A stretch of 64,000 nucleotides of DNA from Methanocaldococcus sp. 28A (GTDB lineage: Archaea; AGJL01; Methanococci; Methanococcales; Methanocaldococcaceae), in the NCBI GenBank assembly GCA_049852185.1, contig CP187540.1; one strand, given 5' to 3'. The number at the start of each line of letters is the position of its first letter. Within the stretch, counting starts at the first letter, position 1. The notes beneath the pieces were generated by a model. That model did no database searches, was not told the origin of the DNA, and saw only the letters and a program-made list of their open reading frames with translations. Both the position numbers and the translations under genes were made by a program. This document shows, one piece after another, positions 59,103-64,000 of this stretch.

Positions 59103-59778
59103 GTTTCCACCGATAATAAAATATGGATTAATTTGAATTGATAATTATAATGTTCAGTAGTGGTTTCGAATTTTTGTTCTAAGTGTATTATATAGATTTC
59201 GAAAAATAGAAAAATAGATGTAATTAATTATTGATAAACTTAAATGTTTTGTTATATGTTTTATTTTCAAAAATATTATGAATCAAATAATAAAATTAAA
59301 AAAATATCGTGAATCAAATAATATTATACCTAATGCAAATAAATATCATTCTCAGAAACAAACTTGAATAAAAATAAAAATAATATATATATTATTCTAA
59401 TAAAATAAAATTAATTTTAATTCTTCTCATGGGAATTATTACAACACACGAAAAATAAAATATCGTGAATCTAAACTTATAATATATAAAATACTATGAA
59501 TTAAAAATTATACTCTAATTAACAACATCTCAAAACTATATACTATCAGTAAAGAGAAATATAAAATTGTAATATATAAGAAATAAATAAATACATGCTC
59601 TATCAATACCAATATTCAAACAAAAATTTTTAAAATGTTGGTAATACTGAAACTAAAAATTAGTTAGTAAAACTATATCGTGAATCAAAAGATTTATAAG
59701 TAAATATGATATATATAATTGAACACCAATAACATAAGAGCAAAAAAATAATTTACATCAAAAATAAAGGTGTTATAA
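59103..59778. other. Putative replication-origin / divergent promoter region
   Basis: 676-bp very AT-rich gap with TATCGTGAATC at 59305, 59461, 59676 and a variant near 59274. Confidence 0.55.
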
Positions 59779-60306
59779 ATGGAAAGATTACCTTATGAAA
59801 TAGTATCAACTATATTTAGAAAAGCCATTTTACATTATGTGTTAATACGTGGCACAACTTATCCACAATCACTCGCAGAAAATTTAAATATATCGAAAGG
59901 TCTTGCAAGCTCTTTTTTAAGGTTGTGTTCAGCTCTAAATATTATGAAGAGGGAAAGAGCAGGACATAAGGTTGTGTATTCATTTACATCAAAAGGATTA
60001 GCGATATTAAAAAGATTAGCCCCAGAAATATTCGATTTTAGTTTTTCGAGTGTTTTCGAACAATTACCTAAAAAGAAAATTGCCACTAAGTATTACCCAC
60101 TAAGTAGAATAGGGTTTGAAATTAGATGGAAAGAGGATAAACTTGGAGGATTTATATTTTCGTTCTTTGATGCTAATGGAGAACATTTAGGAGACGTTTT
60201 TAGAGGTAATAAAGGTCAATGGTGGTGTGTCATCTGCCAGTGTGATAACTGTAAGCATATTGATTACCTGAAAAAGCTCTATAAAGAATTGAAAAATCAC
60301 GATTAA
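59779..60306 (+). CDS. wHTH protein with C-terminal SWIM-like Zn finger
   Basis: LAENLNISKGLASSFLR HTH, YSFTSKG wing, WWCVICQCDNCKHI. Confidence 0.7.
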   Translation: MERLPYEIVSTIFRKAILHYVLIRGTTYPQSLAENLNISKGLASSFLRLCSALNIMKRERAGHKVVYSFTSKGLAILKRLAPEIFDFSFSSVFEQLPKKKIATKYYPLSRIGFEIRWKEDKLGGFIFSFFDANGEHLGDVFRGNKGQWWCVICQCDNCKHIDYLKKLYKELKNHD

Positions 60307-60310
60307 TAAA

Positions 60311-60686
60311 TTTCGAATTTTCGAGTCGCATGTATGTATATGGGTATTTGATGAGCAAGAATTTTTCAAAGAACAGATTATTGCAAAAATAAGATAGAGG
60401 TTACAGTATCTTATTTTGTATAACAAACAGTTAATGTTGGAGTTATATATTTGTTTATTGTTTTTTTGTTTTTATTTTTTAATATAATAGATTTTTAACA
60501 TTATTTTTTGTAAAATTTTTATAATATATTATATTTAAATTAAAAAAGTAAAATTTTTATATTTTTAACTTATATTGTGAAAAAAAGTATAATAATATAA
60601 TAGTTGTGTTTGTAATATACACAACCATTATTGAATCTTGATAGTATTTTTTCCCATATACATACATGCGACTCGAAAATTCGAAA
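60311..60686. repeat. Perfect 34-bp inverted repeat flanking 308-bp AT-rich spacer
   Basis: TTTCGAATTTTCGAGTCGCATGTATGTATATGGG at 60311-60344 and its exact reverse complement at 60653-60686. Confidence 0.95.
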
Positions 60687-60827
60687 ATCTTATAAGGAGA
60701 TAATATTTAAATTTAATTTCTTAAAATATTGACAATATATCAAAAAAGAAAACAATATTACGTCACAACTTTACACAATCAATAAATATTAACACTATCA
60801 TACAGGTTAGTGTGATAATTCTTAACT

Positions 60828-61889
60828 CTATATATTCTTCGAAAATTCGAAAATCCGTATATTCCATGGTATGCTATCTAACAAAAAAATAGAGAACCAA
60901 TGAAAATAGTTATTTTTAGATTTTTTAATGAGCTCTAAAAGGATGTTTCTATTTAATCTTATTTTAAACCTAACTCTACCTTTGTGTTTTATTTTTGTTA
61001 ATATACCTAACTCAACCAATTCGTCTAAATATCTGTATAATGTTGATAATTTGTAATTAACCTTATAGATGATATCTTCAACTTTAAACTTCCGTAACTC
61101 TATTATTGACTCAACCAATTTTCGATATTTCGAATCTACTATATATGGTAAAATTTTAAGCCATGGTATTTTTAACTCTCTAAGATTTTTTATTTCCCTT
61201 TTTGAGTGTCTTAGTATTAAATATATTGTTTCTAAGTTTCCATTAGTTATTTTTAGTAAATAATCGGCCACATTATTGCTTATATAATAGCCATGAACCT
61301 TTGCAAAGTATTTTATAGCTGATTTTGTATTTAAAATACCATCTGGAAAAATTTCTCTAATTTCCTCATGACAATCAATTGGATATCTTATTACAACACT
61401 TAAATTGTTTTTTCTTAATTCTTTAACAAAGTTTATAAAACTCTTTCCACAATGCCATTTCCGTATGTCATGAACTTCAAAAACAATTATTGGGTTTAAA
61501 ACTTTTAATAATGAGATTATCTTCCTAATGACTTTTTCAAATTCCCATTTCCTTATATTTTTAAATAAATCTCCTATTCCTCTATACCATGCTTTTTTGG
61601 CTCGGTAGTATTTATCAAATTTAATTTTGTTGTTAATATATTCTAAAAGATTTTTTAACCAGCTTGCTTTTTTGTAATCCTTGAAGAGATAATATTTATC
61701 TTTGATTTGATAGACTATCTTTGCTATTGTCTTTTTTAAATTTGGTGTAGCTAAAATTCTAATTATTGGTATATTATTAACTACTTCAAAATTTCCGTTT
61801 TCATCTAACTCTAACAAATTTTCTCTATCTGTTGGAATTAAATACAACTCATTTAAAAATTCTTCAGGAACTGCTCTTATTATTTTCAT
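60828..61889 (-). CDS. Basic protein with probable degenerate AAA core and C-terminal wHTH
   Basis: PIIVFEVHD (Walker B-like), ITNGNL, STLYRYLDELVELGIL HTH; no Walker A. Confidence 0.6.
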   Translation of the reverse strand: MKIIRAVPEEFLNELYLIPTDRENLLELDENGNFEVVNNIPIIRILATPNLKKTIAKIVYQIKDKYYLFKDYKKASWLKNLLEYINNKIKFDKYYRAKKAWYRGIGDLFKNIRKWEFEKVIRKIISLLKVLNPIIVFEVHDIRKWHCGKSFINFVKELRKNNLSVVIRYPIDCHEEIREIFPDGILNTKSAIKYFAKVHGYYISNNVADYLLKITNGNLETIYLILRHSKREIKNLRELKIPWLKILPYIVDSKYRKLVESIIELRKFKVEDIIYKVNYKLSTLYRYLDELVELGILTKIKHKGRVRFKIRLNRNILLELIKKSKNNYFHWFSIFLLDSIPWNIRIFEFSKNI

Positions 61890-62569
61890 TTCTTAACCCT
61901 CTTTATTATAGCTAAGGAGAGATAATCATTAAATTCATCGAAATTCAACTCATCTAATTTACCAATTACTACTTTTTCATCTTCAAATGTTACTCTTTTT
62001 ACTAAGCCAATTATATAATCATCTCTATTCTTTATTTTTTCTAACTTTTCTTTTAAATTTTTTGTTTTCATAATAATTATTGTGTCAAATTCATCAATAT
62101 ATTTCTCTAAATCTTTCCCCTGTGGAAGAATGCATAGTTTTTCATCGCCTTCAACTAATGGGATTTTTAAAGCAGCAGCAGAAGCAAAGATTGAAGATAT
62201 TCCATTAATTATCTCTACATTTACTCCTTTCTCTCTTAAAAGTTTCCAAACATAAGAGAATGTGCTGTAAAGTGTTGGGTCACCAATTGTTACTATAGCA
62301 ACTTCCCCATCTTCATTTAAAACTTTTTCTAAGGCATTTTCCCAATATTTTTTTAATTTTTCTTTATCCTTAATCATTGGGAATAATAGCTCTTCTATTT
62401 CCTTTCCATCAATGTAATCCTTTATAATCTCATAAGCGATAGATTTTTTTCCTTCTTTAGATATTGGGATAAATATTTTATCCACTTTTTTTAAAACTTC
62501 CAAAGCTTTTAAGGTTAGTAGCTTTTTGTCTCCAACTCCTACACCAATACCATAAACTTTTTTTACCAT
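61886..62569 (-). CDS. cbiL: Cobalt-precorrin-2 C20-methyltransferase
   Basis: GIGVGVGD..LLTLKA, FPM, TIGDPTLYST, GISS, YLSL. Confidence 0.9.
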   Translation of the reverse strand: MVKKVYGIGVGVGDKKLLTLKALEVLKKVDKIFIPISKEGKKSIAYEIIKDYIDGKEIEELLFPMIKDKEKLKKYWENALEKVLNEDGEVAIVTIGDPTLYSTFSYVWKLLREKGVNVEIINGISSIFASAAALKIPLVEGDEKLCILPQGKDLEKYIDEFDTIIIMKTKNLKEKLEKIKNRDDYIIGLVKRVTFEDEKVVIGKLDELNFDEFNDYLSLAIIKRVKK

Positions 62570-64000
62570 TAAACCACCTTTTCAATTTCGTTACGAGCCT
62601 CATCAATAATTTTTTTAATTTCTTCATCAGACAAACCAAATTTTTTTCCAACAAACTTTGCTCTTTTTAACATTGATGGATGGGTAGATATAATATTTAA
62701 AAATCCCTTTTCAGGAGAGTAATTTGCATAATGAATTTTAGCTAAAGCCTTTATGTATGTTTTTGGATTAGTTATTTGTGAAGCTATAATATCGGCCTCC
62801 TTTTCTCTTCTTCTACTTAGATAACTATCAATAATATATAATGAAAGATAACCCCCTACAATTATTAAAGCACCAATTATCCAGTCATCACCAAGGAGTT
62901 TATTTAGAATTTTAAGGATATAATCAATACTACTAAAAATAACAACTCCTAATAAAAACCATGAAGTTAATCCCATTTTTATATGTCTTCTTTTTTTATG
63001 AGCAATTTCGTGTGCAAGTATTGCTTTTAATTCATCTTCATTTAGAATATCTATTAATTTTTTTGTTATGACTAATTTTTCATTGAATATTCCAGAAACC
63101 ATTGCGTTTGCTACTAAACTGTTAATAATTTCAATATCTTTAAAATTCTTTGTATTTAGTTTTTTTGTTAAATCATCTACAAGTTTTGAGATTTTTTCAT
63201 AAATTTCAATATTTTCAGGAATTTCTTTCCTTGGTATTAATTCAATTAATATATTAATAGACTTAACTATTGCAAAACCTACAAACAACCAAAATGCAGT
63301 ATTTAAGGGTTCTGGAAGTTTTGATAATATATTATAAAACCAATTTGGTAAAAAGTAAGGAAATAGTAAGAGGATTGAAATAGTAATCGTCATTGGTAAT
63401 ATAACAATTACAAATAGTAATAATAGTGTCTTTGTAGTTATTGAATGAGATTTTTTAGTTGTAGTTTTAAATATTCTTATATAATATTTTACTCCAAATA
63501 TTGATGGAAAAAACATCATAATCATAAAGGTTCCATATATAAAGGGCATTATAAATAAGACATTTCCAAAATTGAGGAAATAGACCACCATATCTGGTAG
63601 ATTACAAATGAATAATGCGACAAAAAATAATATAGCACATAAAATAATATGTAATGTTATAGAAATCGTTATTTTTTTGTTAATATTTATTTTTCCAATA
63701 ACTGAATTTGGTATATTTTTTGTTAATCTTCGTATATAATAAATTACAAATAAACTACTTATTAGAGGGATAACGATAAAGCAAGATAATCCTAAAAGAA
63801 TTATATTATAGTTTGGTTTAACATTAACAATTAATGTATCATTCTTTATTTCTGACTTAATAACGGATAAATATGCATCACTTTCAATTTTGTATGAAAA
63901 ATTTCCAAGTTTTTTAATTGGGGCAATATTGTAAATAAATTCTTTTTTATTCCAATCGATTTTTATTGTTGTTTTGTATTGTCCATCTTCAAATTTTGAA
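62569..64000 (-). CDS. Large multi-TM M48-family zinc protease (5' end outside window)
   Basis: AHEIAH, SRRREKEAD, STHP; frame has no stop from 63591 to the window end. Confidence 0.85.
   Translation of the reverse strand, partial: SKFEDGQYKTTIKIDWNKKEFIYNIAPIKKLGNFSYKIESDAYLSVIKSEIKNDTLIVNVKPNYNIILLGLSCFIVIPLISSLFVIYYIRRLTKNIPNSVIGKININKKITISITLHIILCAILFFVALFICNLPDMVVYFLNFGNVLFIMPFIYGTFMIMMFFPSIFGVKYYIRIFKTTTKKSHSITTKTLLLLFVIVILPMTITISILLLFPYFLPNWFYNILSKLPEPLNTAFWLFVGFAIVKSINILIELIPRKEIPENIEIYEKISKLVDDLTKKLNTKNFKDIEIINSLVANAMVSGIFNEKLVITKKLIDILNEDELKAILAHEIAHKKRRHIKMGLTSWFLLGVVIFSSIDYILKILNKLLGDDWIIGALIIVGGYLSLYIIDSYLSRRREKEADIIASQITNPKTYIKALAKIHYANYSPEKGFLNIISTHPSMLKRAKFVGKKFGLSDEEIKKIIDEARNEIEKVV

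Noticed and set aside
60349-60400. TGATGA box-C-like motif inside the inverted-repeat spacer
   Set aside because: No CTGA D box or guide geometry

Overview
AT-rich hyperthermophilic methanogen chromosome, by gene content and order a Methanocaldococcus close to M. jannaschii. MJ numbers below are recalled from memory, not searched. The window holds a 13-repeat CRISPR array with leader and a type III-A csm operon whose Cas10 has GGND instead of GGDD, followed by two CARF-HEPN effectors. It also has a Pab21/Pf9-like H/ACA guide RNA abutting truA, housekeeping blocks (cdc48-rpa-gatA, sucC-galE, argH-hcgG-hcgA-hmd, gar1-tfb with intein, Tad-like genes, tfe, mptA) and many mobile remnants (intact IS701-family element, IS6 and IS481 relics, two MITE families, an orphan CRISPR leader). 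The most striking locus is 57.9-61.9 kb. It has a Cdc6-like AAA+/wHTH gene, an AT-rich spacer with TATCGTGAATC repeats, a wHTH/Zn protein, a perfect 34-bp inverted repeat around 308 bp of AT-rich DNA, and a degenerate AAA/wHTH gene. This is a candidate non-canonical replication-origin or segregation module.
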